A stretch of 40,558 bases of DNA from Chiloscyllium plagiosum (lineage: Eukaryota), in assembly GCF_004010195.1 (NCBI RefSeq), contig NC_057751.1, forward strand, positions 6,476,699-6,517,256, in the 5' to 3' direction. This document shows positions 1-12,081 of the stretch, piece after piece. Position 1 is the first letter of the stretch. Each line of letters starts with the position of its first letter. A program made the position numbers and the translations under genes. Below the pieces are notes generated by a model. It was given only the letters and a program-made list of their open reading frames with translations, made no database searches and was not told the DNA's origin.

Positions 1-1923
1 CGTATGAACCATTGTAGCAAAACAACATGGTCAAATTATGATCCATAAGTCTGCATAGTGTGCTAAGGCACTCTGCTAAGGGCAGTATTCCATGGTTAGT
101 GGCTGATTTAGTGTTTTCTTCGGTTTAGTGGAAAAAATATAGAAATGCGCTGACACACACAGAAAGAAAGAAAAATTGAAATCCCGCCTCAAACAGAAAG
201 CAATCAGTAAATGGAACTCCGTTATTTTAAAAAGATTTTGTGATACATTTCCAACGCAATTTGGAACCACAAATCTTGTCACAAACGTGATATCTTTTAT
301 GCAGCTATTACAGGGCCATATTTTTCTTCCACAACCTTTCCAGATAACATCAGCTCTTTCACTCGATGAGGAATGGTCAGGAAGGATGCAGTTGGCTAAC
401 TACTAATCATCTACATAAATGATGTCAAGTTTAAAATGGTGTTCATTTGTTAGGAGGGAGACTGCTGAGAGATTGTCGAATTTACTGACTCCTACACCAC
501 ACTTTTCTGAAAAAATAAAAAATGTGTTTTTAGCAACATACCCAAATACAACAGCTACTCTGTCACTTGGATGCAATGTAATGTTGCAGAGAGTAAAATA
601 TTCTTGATCACATTGAGCTACTGAGGAATATTTACAGTCTCCTGAGGGAAAGGATACATTAACTTTATTTAAGAAAAATGTGGCTGTGGTTTCATCTTGC
701 CATGAGGAGACAAGAGAGATCAAGATCAAATATCGTTTATTCACTTCCAGTAATGTTGCATACTGTCTCATCAGCATTTCACAGTTAGAATGAATCATTT
801 AATAATGAAGGCTGAGGTTTTTGTTTGATTATCTGTAGATTTATGCAACATGGGGAGTCAGGCTGAAATCTAATGGAGGACTTTGGATGTTATGTTTTGG
901 AAATTTGTGACTGAATGACAGCCTGAAATCTAATGAATTAGCTCAGATGGTTGATATGTAAGAGATCTCTGTAATACTTCTTGTGAATTACTCTGACTGG
1001 ATCGTTCTTACTTTGTTCACTGATTTCACACACTGAGCTAATGATTTGGATACCTCCTGGCCTTTCAGTGACAGGGATAATAATGGTGATGTCACCATTG
1101 CAAGATACTTCGGAAATAACTTGCAGCAGAAGTGAAAAATGACAAAGCTGATCAGAGCAAGGAAAGGTGAATTGATGCAAACACTACAAAAGAAAAATTG
1201 CAGCTGTTAAATTTAGGCATTTATTTAGACTCCTGAAGAACATTTGTGTCTTCTGCATGAATGAAAAATTTGTTCTTATGGAGCATCTTTCACAACAGGA
1301 TATTGGTTTGGCCTGTTACAAAGTTAACGATTATCTGGCTATTTCCTTATAGAATATCAGTGAAGAGAGCTGTTTTGGTGCTTGTGGCAAACATGAACAT
1401 ATAAGTTAAGAGCAGGATTAAGCTACTCGATGGCTTGAGCATTCTCAACCATTCTGGTGATCACAGTGAATCTGATCTCTACACAATCCTGTCAAATCTC
1501 CATATTGGTTTACCCCTTTAGTAATTAAGAATCTGTCTTAAAATTATTCAATATTCCTTACACCTCCCCCCCCCAGCCCTCCTTAGGACCTCATCTGATT
1601 GAACCAAATTGCTGTAGATAAAAGGAGATGGAAAGGTCCTCAGAATAATCAATGCTAATTCAACAAAATGGCAATATTTACATTGGTCTTTGACACCTCA
1701 GATAGGAATAAAATCATCAATTTTTATTTACCAGCTGAATGCAAGGTAACATTATTGAAGTTTGACTTCATTTACGAGGCAGTGTTATTAGCTTGGTGCC
1801 AGGATTTGCCAAGATGAATCCAATATCTTACTGAAATATTGTGGCAGTGTATCAGAGATACTTACTTTTGGATGAGATACTTAAAATAAAGCCCTTTTGC
1901 ATTTCTGACAGCTAATTAAAGAT

Positions 1924-2114
1924 GTCGGTTGTGAGTGTGGTGCTGGAAAAGCACAGCAGGTCAAGCAGCATCCCAGGAGCAGGAGAATCGACATTTCTGG
2001 CATAAGCCCTTCATCAGGAAAGGGGCTTCTCAGATGCTGCCTGACCTGCCGAGCTTTTCCAGCACTGCACTCTTGACTCTGATCTCCAGCATCTGCAGTC
2101 CTCACTTTCTCCTG
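1924..2114. mobile_element. Short fold-back element derived from a Penelope-like terminus, with a hammerhead-like motif and a 13-bp TSD
   Basis: Direct repeat gctaattaaagat at 1911-1923 and 2115-2127. Inverted arms 1933-1972 and 2033-2072 match at 35/40. The arm sequence matches the tail of the Penelope element at about 10750-10800. Confidence 0.85.
1986..2020 (-). ncRNA. Minimal type I hammerhead ribozyme motif (decayed)
   Basis: Minus strand reads UUC CUGAUGA A GGGC UUAU GCCA GAAA UG UC GAUU. The core is intact, with one helix II mismatch and CpG decay in helix III. Confidence 0.6.
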
Positions 2115-3265
2115 GCTAATTAAAGATCCCATGGGCTGCATTTCACAACAATCAGAGTGCAGGAAAGTGGTGGACTGCTCACAGTCCTCTTTAGAAAGGA
2201 AGTCAGCTGGGAGGAGACATACTCTACAGCCATAACGCACTATGGGTAGGAAAAATTGTTCATCAAAAAATGTAGGGAGGAAGTCCTGCCTGTGGAATGC
2301 TCGTCAACCTGATTGACGAGCAGCTCCATCAGTCTGAGCAACACCTGCGATCAGCTGTAGGTGCTGCCAACACTGAAGGAAGAAGCCAGAAGAAATGATT
2401 GTCCAAAAATGGTCAGTCCTCATGGTTCAGGGTAGGTCGGGACCTAAAGCTCTGGGAGGGTTGGAGGAGCAATGATATGCTGTGGGGTAGTAAGGGACCA
2501 TATAGAATACATTGTCTGACTTCAACTACACTGCAGACTCCAGCTGATGACAGTTTCAATACCTACTTCTTTCATTGACAGTTGTACACCTAGCACCTGC
2601 TGTTTTCGATATTTGAATCATTAAAGTTTAAGGCATCAGATTGTGCTGAACTGAAATGGTCAGATCAGCTGAGTCTTTTGATGAACCGGGTCATACAACA
2701 CATCCCCAGTGGAATTCTCACCTCTCAGGCTCCAAGAGCACATTAATATTCCCTGGTGAAGCTTTCTCACAGTCAAAGGAGTTCAGTGAACAAGGAAAAA
2801 CTTTAATCATTACAGGCTGGCTTGATTTATTACTTTGCTGTTGGTCCATTTGTGTTTGAAAGATTAAAAAGACAGCAGGGTTTATAAAATTTGTCTTCAT
2901 GCTGCTGGGCAACACAGCCTTGCACAGTCATCATTTCCTCACAAAGCCTTTTGATAGAACTTACTTTCCTATGTCTTGTGGTGTTGCTCGCATTTACAGT
3001 CATATCAAAAATTGAGAATTATGAATTAATGTAAATGCAGAGGAAGTTTTAAAAACATTGATCACCACACGATTCTGAGATTGATTTATTTGCAAGAATT
3101 TCATGCAGACCTTTGAAGTTCATTATTTTTCATCAAGCTAAATCAGCTGCTCTTGCAGCATGTTATATGGTCCTGAGATTCAACAATGAAGATGCTAAAA
3201 CATCACTGGTGGCATGGAACTTTGCTGTGCTTCTCTAATAGATTTACAGGATTGGGTTTATACCT

Positions 3266-3473
3266 AGTTAAAAATCACTCAACACCAGGTTATAGTCCAA
3301 CAGGTTTAATTGGAAGCACACTAGCTTTCAGAGCGACGCTTCTTCATCAGGTGATTGAAGGAGCGTCGCTCCGAAAGCTAGTGTGCTTCCAATTAAACCT
3401 GTTGGACTATAACCTGGTGTTGTGTGATTTTTAACTTTGTTCACCCCAGTCCAACACCGGCATCTCCAAATCA
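3266..3473. mobile_element. Palindromic Penelope-terminus-derived element (second family) with a 13-bp TSD
   Basis: TSD tgggtttatacct at 3253-3265 and 3474-3486. Inverted arms of 81 bp (3266-3346 and 3356-3436) have 3 mismatches and a 9-nt loop. The same family recurs at 36815-36881. Confidence 0.85.
3319..3353 (-). ncRNA. Minimal type I hammerhead ribozyme motif
   Basis: Minus strand reads CAC CUGAUGA A GAAGC GUC GCUCU GAAA GC UA GUG. Helix I is CAC/GUG and helix III is the palindrome AGCU. The plus arm has a perfect helix II (GGAGC GUC GCUCC GAAAGCUAGUG) but lacks CUGA. Confidence 0.65.
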
Positions 3474-3619
3474 TGGGTTTATACCTGTTTACCTGTCATG
3501 GCTGCTATTGACTGCACATAAAGGCATACATAGAAGAGATACAGATCACAGGATTGCAGCAAACCAACCAGTATAAGAAGTACAATTACATTGTTCCAAA
3601 CAATGCCTATGCAAAATAG

Positions 3620-3730
3620 AGTAATTAGGTGCTGCCATGCACCACTACCTTCTCATGGGCACTTAAGGATTGGCAATATTTGCTGTTCTAGCCAGCAATA
3701 TCCACATCCAATGAACAAACAATAAAAAAA
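3620..3730 (+). mobile_element. 3' tail fragment of the second CR1-group LINE or its partner SINE
   Basis: gggcacttaaggattggcaatatttgctgttctagccagcaatatccacatccaatgaa plus an A-rich end; similar to the tails at 12672-12717, 28660-28715 and 35345-35405. Confidence 0.5.
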
Positions 3731-4363
3731 ACACAGGGGAGAAATTAATAAAATTGCTTTGCCCCAATTTTTTTTTCAACGTCTGTTTTGTTTCCCACTA
3801 TCATTGGCTTCAAAGTTGGACATAGACCACCAAATGTAAAGATTGGCTATGTGCAATTGGCAAGCTGCTCAATAGCTTTAAGCATAACAACTAAGCTCAA
3901 TTTTATCATCAGCTGCATCTCTTTTTTACTGACAAAGACCACATGTCCCTTAGATTCTTGTTTTATTTTCAACAAAGATGTTTCCACTCTTGTGGGAGGC
4001 CAAAAATAGGTCCAATCAGTTCAATCCAAAGTGGTTTGAATGTGGAATTTGCTGACGGTATGTTGTTGAGGCAAAGAACATCTTTGTGTTTAAGACCAAG
4101 GTAAAATGAGGTAAAAATGTCAGAACAGTATGTTGAGAGAGTTAGATGAAGTTGTGTGACAGAAGGCTTGTACAGAGCATAAATTCTGACATTGACCAAT
4201 TGGACTGAATAGCTTGTTGCAATACTTTAGTAACTTAATAATGGCTTAAAATCTTGCTTGTAAAATTTAGTGTAAATGGATTAAAGATCTCAACTCAGAG
4301 ATTGACCACTGCAATGGTTTACTTCTTGTTTAAGTATCTCTCCTTCAACTATCTTATTTGATT

Positions 4364-5783
4364 GACAATTAAGAAAGGGGGTAAGGAAAAGCCAGAGAAC
4401 TATAGATTGTTGAACCTGACATTGGTTGTGGACAAGTTGTTGGAGGGACTCCTGGAGGACAGGATTTACATTTATTTGGAAAGGCAAGGACTAATTAGGG
4501 ATAGCCAGCATGGTTTTGTGCATGGGAAATTATGTCACATGAATTTGATTGAGTTTTTTGAAGAATAACAAAGAGGATTGATGAGGGTAGAGTGGTAGAC
4601 ATGATCTATATGGACTTCAATAAGATGTTCAACAAGGTTCCTCATAGGAGACTGCTTAGCAAGGTTAGATCTCATGGAATACAGGGAGAACTAGCCATTT
4701 GGATACAAAACTAACTCAAAGATGGAAGACAGAGGGTGGTGGTGGTGGAGGGTTGCTTTTCAGACTGGAGGCCTCTGACCAATGGTGTGCCACAAGGATC
4801 GGTGTTGGGTCCATTGATTTTTGTCATTTATATAAATGATTCGGATGTGAACATAAGAGGTATAGTTAGTAAATTTGTAAATGACACCAAAATTGGAGTT
4901 GTAGTGGACAGTGAAGAAGGTTACAACGGGATCCTGATCAGATGGACCGATGGGCTGAGGAGTGGCAGATGGGTTTTAATTTAGGTAAATGTAAGGTTCT
5001 GCATTTTAGAAATGCAATACCTTGCAGGATTTATGCACTTAATGATAAGGTCCCGGGAGTGTTTCTGAACAAAGAGACCTTGGAGTGCAGGTTCATTGTT
5101 CCTTGAAAGTAGTGTTGCAAGTAGATAGGAAAGGGAAGAAGGCGTTTGATATGCTTTCCTTTATTGGTCAGAGTACTGAGTATAGGAGTTAGGACGTCAT
5201 GTTGTGGCTGTACAGGACATTAGTTCGGCCACTATGAAATATTGCATGCAATTCTGGTCTCCCTCCTATCGGAAGGATTTTGTGAAACTTGAAAGAGTTA
5301 AGCAAAGATTACAAGGAAGTTGCTGGGGTTGGAGGATTTGAGCTATAGAGAGAGATTGAATAGGCTGGGTCTGTTTACCCTGGAGTGTTGGAGGCTGAGG
5401 GATGACCTTGTAGAGATTTATAAAATCTTAAAGGGCATGGATAAGATAAATAGACAAGGTCTTTTCTCTGGGATGAGTGAGTCCAGAACTAAAAGGTATA
5501 GGTTTAAAGTGAGAGGGGAAAGATATAAAAAGAACCTAAGGGGCAACATTTTCACACAGAGGGTGGTGCATGTGTGGAATGAGCTGCTTGTGGTGGAGGC
5601 TGGTATAATTATAGTGTTTAAAGGGCACCTGGATGGGTATATGAATAAGCAGGGTTTAAAGGGATATGGGCCAAGTGCTGGCAAATGGGACTAGATTAGG
5701 TTAGGATATCTGGTTGGCATGAATGGGTTGGACTGAAGGGTTTGTTTCTGTGCTATGCATCTCTATGATATTATGACTCTATA
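4364..5783 (+). mobile_element. CR1 LINE, 5'-truncated; ORF2 reverse transcriptase pseudogene plus 3' UTR
   Basis: Motifs KKGGKEKPENYR, SQHGF, GVPQGSVLGPLIFVIYIND, KFVNDTK, LSYRERLNRLGLFTLE, FTQRVVHVWNEL. Contains stops and frameshifts and ends in a (ctatga)-type tail. Confidence 0.95.
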
Positions 5784-6059
5784 ACTGCAGTGTGACGCTG
5801 TGCAAATCTTTTCTTCTTTGCTGTGAATCGCCTCAGTCTAAGATATCATTATGGCCCCTTTTCCTGAAATTTTCTCCTCAAGTTGAAAACATTTCCTTTC
5901 TATTCCTTCACGTTATGGGTCACCTCAATCAAACTACCCCTTTATCTTCTCAGATAAATTGCATCATTACATTTCTTTTGAAGACAAATGTTGTGCATTA
6001 ATCACTTTACAAAAACAGTGGAGTCACCACGTACAGTATCACCAGGATCAGTGTGAATG

Positions 6060-6200
6060 GAAAGAAAATTGCATTTTTCTAGCACCTTGAACAATTAATA
6101 GCCAGTGAAGAGTTTTGAGGTGCAGTCTCTATTGTCCAAGACTCAGTGGCCAATATCCCACAATCAGCAAGGAGATAGAGAGCAGATTATTTGCTTTTTG
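6060..6200 (-). mobile_element. Degraded Deu-domain SINE 3' fragment
   Basis: aattgcatttttctagcacctt...agccagtgaagagttttgaggtgcagtc...cccacaatcagcaa resembles the reverse complement of the SacSINE1/AmnSINE-type 3' part. Similar relics at about 17650-17730 and 27350-27430. Confidence 0.4.
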
Positions 6201-6656
6201 AAAAATTGCATAAGTTTTTACTGATAACACTCCTGAGAAATACCTTAGGATACAGTATTACTTTGCGGGTTGGTGTTGAAAATGATTTTGGTCACTGTTG
6301 TTAAATCGGACCAGTTGAAATTTGTGGCACTGCTGTAATATGCAACTAACTAGGTCTAAAAATAAATGAATATAGAAGTATTTATAGATGCTGTTGGATT
6401 TCGTTTAGCTTGTCTTCAAATTTTACTGGAAAGAACAGACCAAATTTATGGAGTTACACTGCAAAGTGCCAATAAAATATTTAAGCACTGCATGCGTAAT
6501 AAACTGACAAATAAATAACAAAGTGGCAAACAAACAACTAGGATGCAATATTCTCGAGATTGAGGTCACAAAGGAAGCTGGGCTCTGTTAGAAGAGTCAA
6601 GAATCTATCGACTGGTATGCCAGTTGTCAAATTTGCCCAGTGAAACAGAAGTCACT

Positions 6657-8520
6657 GGTCTGAAATTCCACAAAGTGTCAATTTTAGGGAGTTTGGTGGA
6701 GAATTTTCTTCCCTGAACTCTGGCAAGTTCTCCCATGCAATATTCTGTGGCCTATCTCATCTCGTTATCTCTGCACCCGATCTCTTGGTTACCTTATTCA
6801 TGCTGTCTTGCACTTGTCAGTTGCAGAAGCATTCACCTCTGTCGTACCTTCCAGGATTCGCGACCCAGCTGTGCACCTGGCTACATGCTGCCAGCCAGGA
6901 ATTGTTCTTAACAGAACAGGTAATGGGAGGAAAATGAAAAGGAAAAGGGCACTTCTGAGAGCTCTTGCTTAACATGGCTGACACTTCATTGGAAATAGAA
7001 TTTGATATTCATAAATGTAGTGCCTTTCTATATCATCATCTGTCTGATCAACTATTGTAATATCTGCAGTGACAAGAAGCCAAAGAACCTACCCATCCTC
7101 AGCACTATACCATGATAGAACCCTATCTGAAGGATTGCTATAATTTCCTGAATGCTCAGTATAATTATTCAATGTGAGAACAAAATATTGCAAAAACCTC
7201 AAACAGTTGATCATGTTAACTGTTATAAAACAACAGGAAATGTAAAACCATAGCAAACAAAAAAGCTGCATTTGCTTCTGAGACAAAGCAGGGCTGTTTG
7301 CCTCCTGAAGAACAACAGGTTTCCAGTCAATGAATGATGACTTCATCCAGCTCGTACCTATTGGAAGTTGTTGTCAAATAAATCCTCTCTGGCTTGTTGT
7401 GCTCAATGCTGCACCACTTTTTCAGACTGAAGGTCAAAGCCTACTCAAAGCCGTCCACTTGTTCGAAGAGTGCTGCCACTGTCCCAGTTCTTCACAGTCC
7501 ATCATACCCCCTCGTTGGCAAGCATCAATTGGACAAAGCATGCTCTGCAAGCACGTATGTAGCACACTTTGGAGTGAACTGCAAGGCACCCCCAGATGCA
7601 TCCACCATCATTTTCAGGAAGGTCACATCTGCTTCACAATGAATGGAAGAATAGGTTGCATTGTATCTATGCTCAGCCTCAGTTAGTGTGTTGCATAACA
7701 GATTTATCACCAAGTTTGGAAGGGTAAGACCATAAGGCAGAGGAGCAGAAGTTAGGCCATTCAGCCCATCGCGTCTGCTTCGTCATTCAATCATGGCTGA
7801 TAAATTTCTTAACCCCCATCCTCCCACTTTCTCCCCATAACCCTTGATCCCCTGGACAAACAAGAACCTCTCTATCTCAGTCTTAAATGTATTCAATGAC
7901 CTGACCTCCACAGTCTTCTGTGGCAGTGAATTCAATCAATTCACCACTCTCTGGCTGAAGAAGTTTCTCCTTATTTCCATTCTAAGACTGTGCTCTTGGG
8001 TCCTCGTCACTCCTACCAATGGAAACATCTTCCCAACATCCACTCTGTCCAGGCCATTCAGTATTCTGCATGTTTCAATTAGATCCCCCTTCATTCTTCT
8101 CAACTCCATTGATGCAGATCCAGAGTCCTCAAACATTCCTTATATGTTAAGCTGCTCATTCCTGGAATCATTCAGGTTCACCTTTGTCTCCTAGCAGTTA
8201 TCCTTCTCGGGCATCCAGCCTTGGGAATGAAGAAGGAACTTGGGAATTATTAAGTATTTCTTTCAGGCTGACCTCTAACTTGTGGTAGCGATGATCAAAG
8301 ATCACTTATTGAACCTTTTTCCATTGAGGAATTCCTTCGCATTACGATATGGCCTTCTGACTGTGGTGTCTGTATAGTCTGTAATGCTCTGCACCTGGGA
8401 AGGATGCAAGCTGCATGGGCAAAGCCTACTGTCTGGCAATAGCATTGACCTGACCATGAGGAAACATGATGAAGTAATGAAGTTTGCTATAGACTGTGTC
8501 TATAATAGCCTCGAAACATT
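6657..8520 (-). mobile_element. Degraded Harbinger/PIF DNA transposon, copy 1 (HARBI1-like DDE transposase pseudogene at about 8426-7525), split by a CR1
   Basis: Minus-strand translation across frameshifts: QVQSITDYTD..VRRP..EFLNGK..VIFDH..ILNNSQVP..G*LLGDKG, then the CR1, then YP..TEAEHRYNA..LK..DASGGALQFTP. Putative terminus ggtctgaaattccc at 6657-6670. Flanking sequence is homologous to copy 2. Confidence 0.8.
7727..8175 (-). mobile_element. CR1 LINE 3' fragment inserted in the Harbinger transposase
   Basis: RRMKGDLIETCRILNGLDRVD...RRNFFSQRVVN on the minus strand, plus a CR1 3' UTR and tail (aagaccataag). Confidence 0.92.
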
Positions 8521-8536
8521 GGTGAATTGAGTTTTG

Positions 8537-9446
8537 AGACTCAGTGACTCATACAGTCATGGAGGTGTAAGCACGGAAACAGACCCTGCTGTCCAACTCG
8601 TCCATGCCAACCAGATATCCTAAACTAATCTAGTCCCATTTGCCAGTACTTGGCCCATATCCCTCTAAACTCTTCCTATTCATATCCCCATTCAGATGCC
8701 TTTTAAATGTTGTAATTGTACCAGCCTCCACCACTTCCTCCAGCAGCGCATTCCATGCACACACCACCCTCTGCATAAAATGTTGCCCCTTGGTCCCTTT
8801 TAAATCTTTTCCCTCTCACTTTAAACCTATGCCATCTAATTCTGGACTCCCCACCCGGGTAAAATTGTTTATTCACATTATCCATGCCCCTCGTCAGTCT
8901 CTGATGCTCCAGGGAAAACAGTTCCAGCCTATTCAACCTCTCCCTGTAGCTCAACCCTAGCAACGTCTTTGTGAATCTTTTCTGAACCCTTTCAAGTTTC
9001 ACAACGTCCTTCCAATCGGAGGGAGACAATATTCCAAAAGTGGCCTAATCAATACAGCCACAACATGACCTCCCAACTCCTATACTCAATGCTCTGTCCA
9101 GTAAAGAAAAGCATACCAAACACCTCCTTCACTATTCTATCTACCTGTACTCCACTTTCAAGGAAATATGAACCTGTACGCCAAGGTCTCTTTGTTTAGC
9201 AATACTCCCCAGGACCTTACCATAAAGTGTATAAGTCCTACTCTGATTTGCATCTCTAAACTGCAGCACCTTACATTTATCCAAATTAAACTCCATCTGC
9301 CACTCCTCAGTCCATTGGCCCATCTGATTAAGATCCTGTTGGACACTGAGGTAACCTTCTTCACTGTGCACTGCACCTCCAGTTTTGGTTTTATGTGCAA
9401 ACTTAATAATTATACCTCCTCTGTTCACACTGAAATCATTTGTATA
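8537..9446 (-). mobile_element. CR1 LINE, 5'-truncated
   Basis: WQMEFNLDKCKVL, RDLGVQVH, KLERVQKRFTK, LSYRERLNRL. The 3' UTR matches the one at 5680-5780 in reverse. Confidence 0.93.
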
Positions 9447-10810
9447 AGTTTATCCTCAGCAAGTTTTCCTTTGATTCATCCCACTTACTACCACCAAAGG
9501 GGTAGTCACGGGCACCTGCATGGGCCCGAGCTATACCTAACACTTTGCAGGATTTGTGGAACACTTTCACTTCCACAACTATATCGGCACCATCCCTCAC
9601 ATCTTCCTTCGCTAGATTGATGTCTGCATTTGTGCCATCTTGTGCTCCCATGAGGAGCTCGAGCAGTTCATAAACTTTGCCAATACCTTCCACCCTCCCT
9701 TCAAATATACCTGGACCACTTCAGACTTCTCTCTCCCCTCCCTGGACCTGTCTGTCTCCATCTCTGGAAACTGACACACCACTGACATCCATTTCAAACC
9801 CGCTGACTCCCACAGCTACCTCGACTATACCTCCTCTCACCCACCCTCAACTTATCACAAAAATGCTATCCCATACTCCTAATTCCTCCTCCTCTGCCAT
9901 ATCTGCTCCCAGAATGAGGCATTCTACTCCAGGACATACCAGATATCCTCCTACTTTAGGGACCGTAGTTTCCTCTCCTCAGTAATTAAGGATGCTCTCA
10001 ACTGCAACTCTTTCATTTCCTGCACTTCTAGCCTCAAACCCCCCCTCCACCCAACAACAATAAGGATAGAATCCCCTTAGTTCTCATGTACCATCCCACT
10101 AACCTCCGAATCCAATGCATCATCCCCCGACATTTCCGCCATCTTCAATCAGACCCCACCACCAAAAAGATATTTTTTCCCCACCCAGTCCACTTTCCGC
10201 AGGGACCATTCATTCCACGACTCCCTCGTCAGCTCTGCGCTCACCATCAACCTTTCCACAACACCTGGTACCTTTCTCAGTAACCGCAAGAGGTGCAAAT
10301 CCTGTTCCTACTTCTCCCCCCTCACCTCCATCCAAGGCTCCAAACAATCCTTCCAGATCTGGCAGAGATTTGTCTGCATTTCATCCAAACAGATCCATTG
10401 TATCTGTAGCTCCCAATGTGACCTCCTTCACATTGGGTAGACCAAACACAGACTTGTGGACTGGTTCGTGGAGCATCTGTGCTCTGCACACACTAACCAA
10501 CCCAACCTTCTGGTTGCCATCCATTTAATTCTTCCTGCCCCGGCAACATGGCCATCCTTGGCTTCTGCCACTATCAGAGTGAGGCCAAATGTAAACACCT
10601 GATATTTCACCTGGGGAGCTTACAGCCCAATGGCCAACATCATCATCCCACCTACCCTTCACCCCAGCCCCATCCCCCTCCCTCGATATACTTCTGGGCT
10701 TCCTCCCCCTCCCCAGTCCTAATGAAGGGGTTCAGTGTGGAATGTTGACTTTCCTGCTCCTCAGATGCTGTCTGACCTGCTGAGCTTTTCCAGCTTCACA
10801 TCTATTGACA
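9447..10810 (+). mobile_element. Penelope-like retroelement, 5'-truncated (RT + GIY-YIG endonuclease pseudogene + terminal repeat)
   Basis: KGVVTGTCMGPSY, FLR*IDV (decayed RYIDD), FINFANTFHPSLKYTW, KPADSHSYLDYTSSHP, KNAIPYS, and the GIY-YIG-like CSQCDLLHIG*TKHRL..F.EHL. Ends in the terminal repeat shared with the short elements. Confidence 0.9.
10715..10750 (+). ncRNA. Decayed hammerhead motif in the Penelope 3' terminal repeat
   Basis: AGUC CUAAUGA AGGGG UUCA GUGU GGAA UG UU GACU. Helix I AGUC/GACU is perfect but the core is mutated, so it is likely inactive. Confidence 0.45.
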
Positions 10811-12081
10811 CTGGGGAAATGAATATTGAACCTTGTCCCATTTGCATCTCACGCATTTGGAGACCCCAAGGCTATATTTTTAAAAAAGCAGGAGATTTTT
10901 CACTGATGTTCAAATACATGTTCAAACCACATCACAAAAACATCTATTTGGCATGAACACATTATTCTTAATTTTCTTTCTTTGAACCTAATATCTTGCA
11001 ATTGAAATATATTTTCATCAGGTTTTTTTGTGCACATATATGGGAATTAGCTGCTGGAGAGTTATATTGGACATGATAGTCAGATTAATTTATTCTTTGC
11101 TTTTTATTCTTGATGCCAGTTGTCAAAAACAGCTCTTTGACCTTTGTCGGTCTAACTTACTGAAGTGCATTCTTGAAAGCTACTAAAGTAGTTTGCAATG
11201 AGCATGTTAGTGGCCCTACTTTTCATGTAAGATCTGATTCAGTACTCTGTTATTAATAAATTGATGATCCTTTTCAAACATTTGAAAGCTGTTAAGGAGG
11301 TACAAAACTGGCTGCATGATGGTAGCATTTGCAGCTCATTGTCACACTTGATGTGTGGGGAACTGTGTGGTTATACACCCCTCAGCGCCACAGAGTGGGG
11401 TCATTCAATGTCTTTGAAATGGAAGAGGCTTTCATTATATTTCACCACTGCAAGCTCCAACATTGAACTTTTTAGACAATTTTAATGCAATCTGGACACA
11501 GTTTAGTGCATTCTGTTTGCAATTAACAGCATCAAACTAAATTACCCATTTAGTTTTGTTTGCATTCCAAACAAGTGAAAGCCTATTTTTAAGTTGCAAA
11601 TCTAATAACTTATTAGTGGAGATTTTGTAGAGATGCCAGGTCTTTGATATGCGTACACCTGATTGCTAAAGAAGAATGTGCAGTGGTTCTGTGCAGACTA
11701 TATAATAATGAGATGTTTTGAGACATGATAAAGTAAAATCCATGGACTATGTTTTTGCCAACGATTCGGAAAGCTCAAGTCAGAAAATTTCTAAACTTAG
11801 CAGACTTGCAACCATATAACTATCTTTGCATCCACTATTTTCACTCCAGGAGCTGGGGACAGGATCATGTCAGGCCAGTCAACTCTGGAAATAGCTCAAC
11901 CAAAGCAATTGGAGGTGTGTAAGTGTCAAGGCAATCGAGTTACAAGTTACTTAATCGTAGAAGCTTTGTCCCACGAAACATCACTTAATCTTGTCCAAAT
12001 AAGCACAAAGAATTGAAAAAGAAATCAAAGAAAGGCTAATGTAGATTAATGTATTAATCTATCTTATTTCAATTTCAACAT

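Larger units (their letters stand above)
1820..2170 (+). mobile_element. Highly degraded Deu-domain (AmnSINE1/SacSINE1-like) SINE relic, interrupted by the 1924-2114 insertion
   Basis: ...cagtgtatcagagatacttacttttggatgagatacttaaa... then taaagatcccatgg resembles the Deu-SINE core (gtctttcggatgagacgttaaa...aaagatcccatggc). Recognised by eye and very diverged. Confidence 0.45.

Noticed and set aside
403..798. 131-aa minus-strand ORF
   Set aside because: Non-ATG start, no recognisable domain or splice context, and composition typical of random AT-rich DNA.
3266..3436. Canonical pre-miRNA or DNA-transposon MITE
   Set aside because: The inverted arms are not terminal (37 extra bp on one side), the TSD is 13 bp, and the arm sequence recurs as a retroelement terminus at 36815.
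7330..7713. hAT dimerisation domain or a host exon
   Set aside because: The motifs fit a Harbinger transposase (TEAEHRYN, SGGALQF) and join LLGDKG across the CR1.
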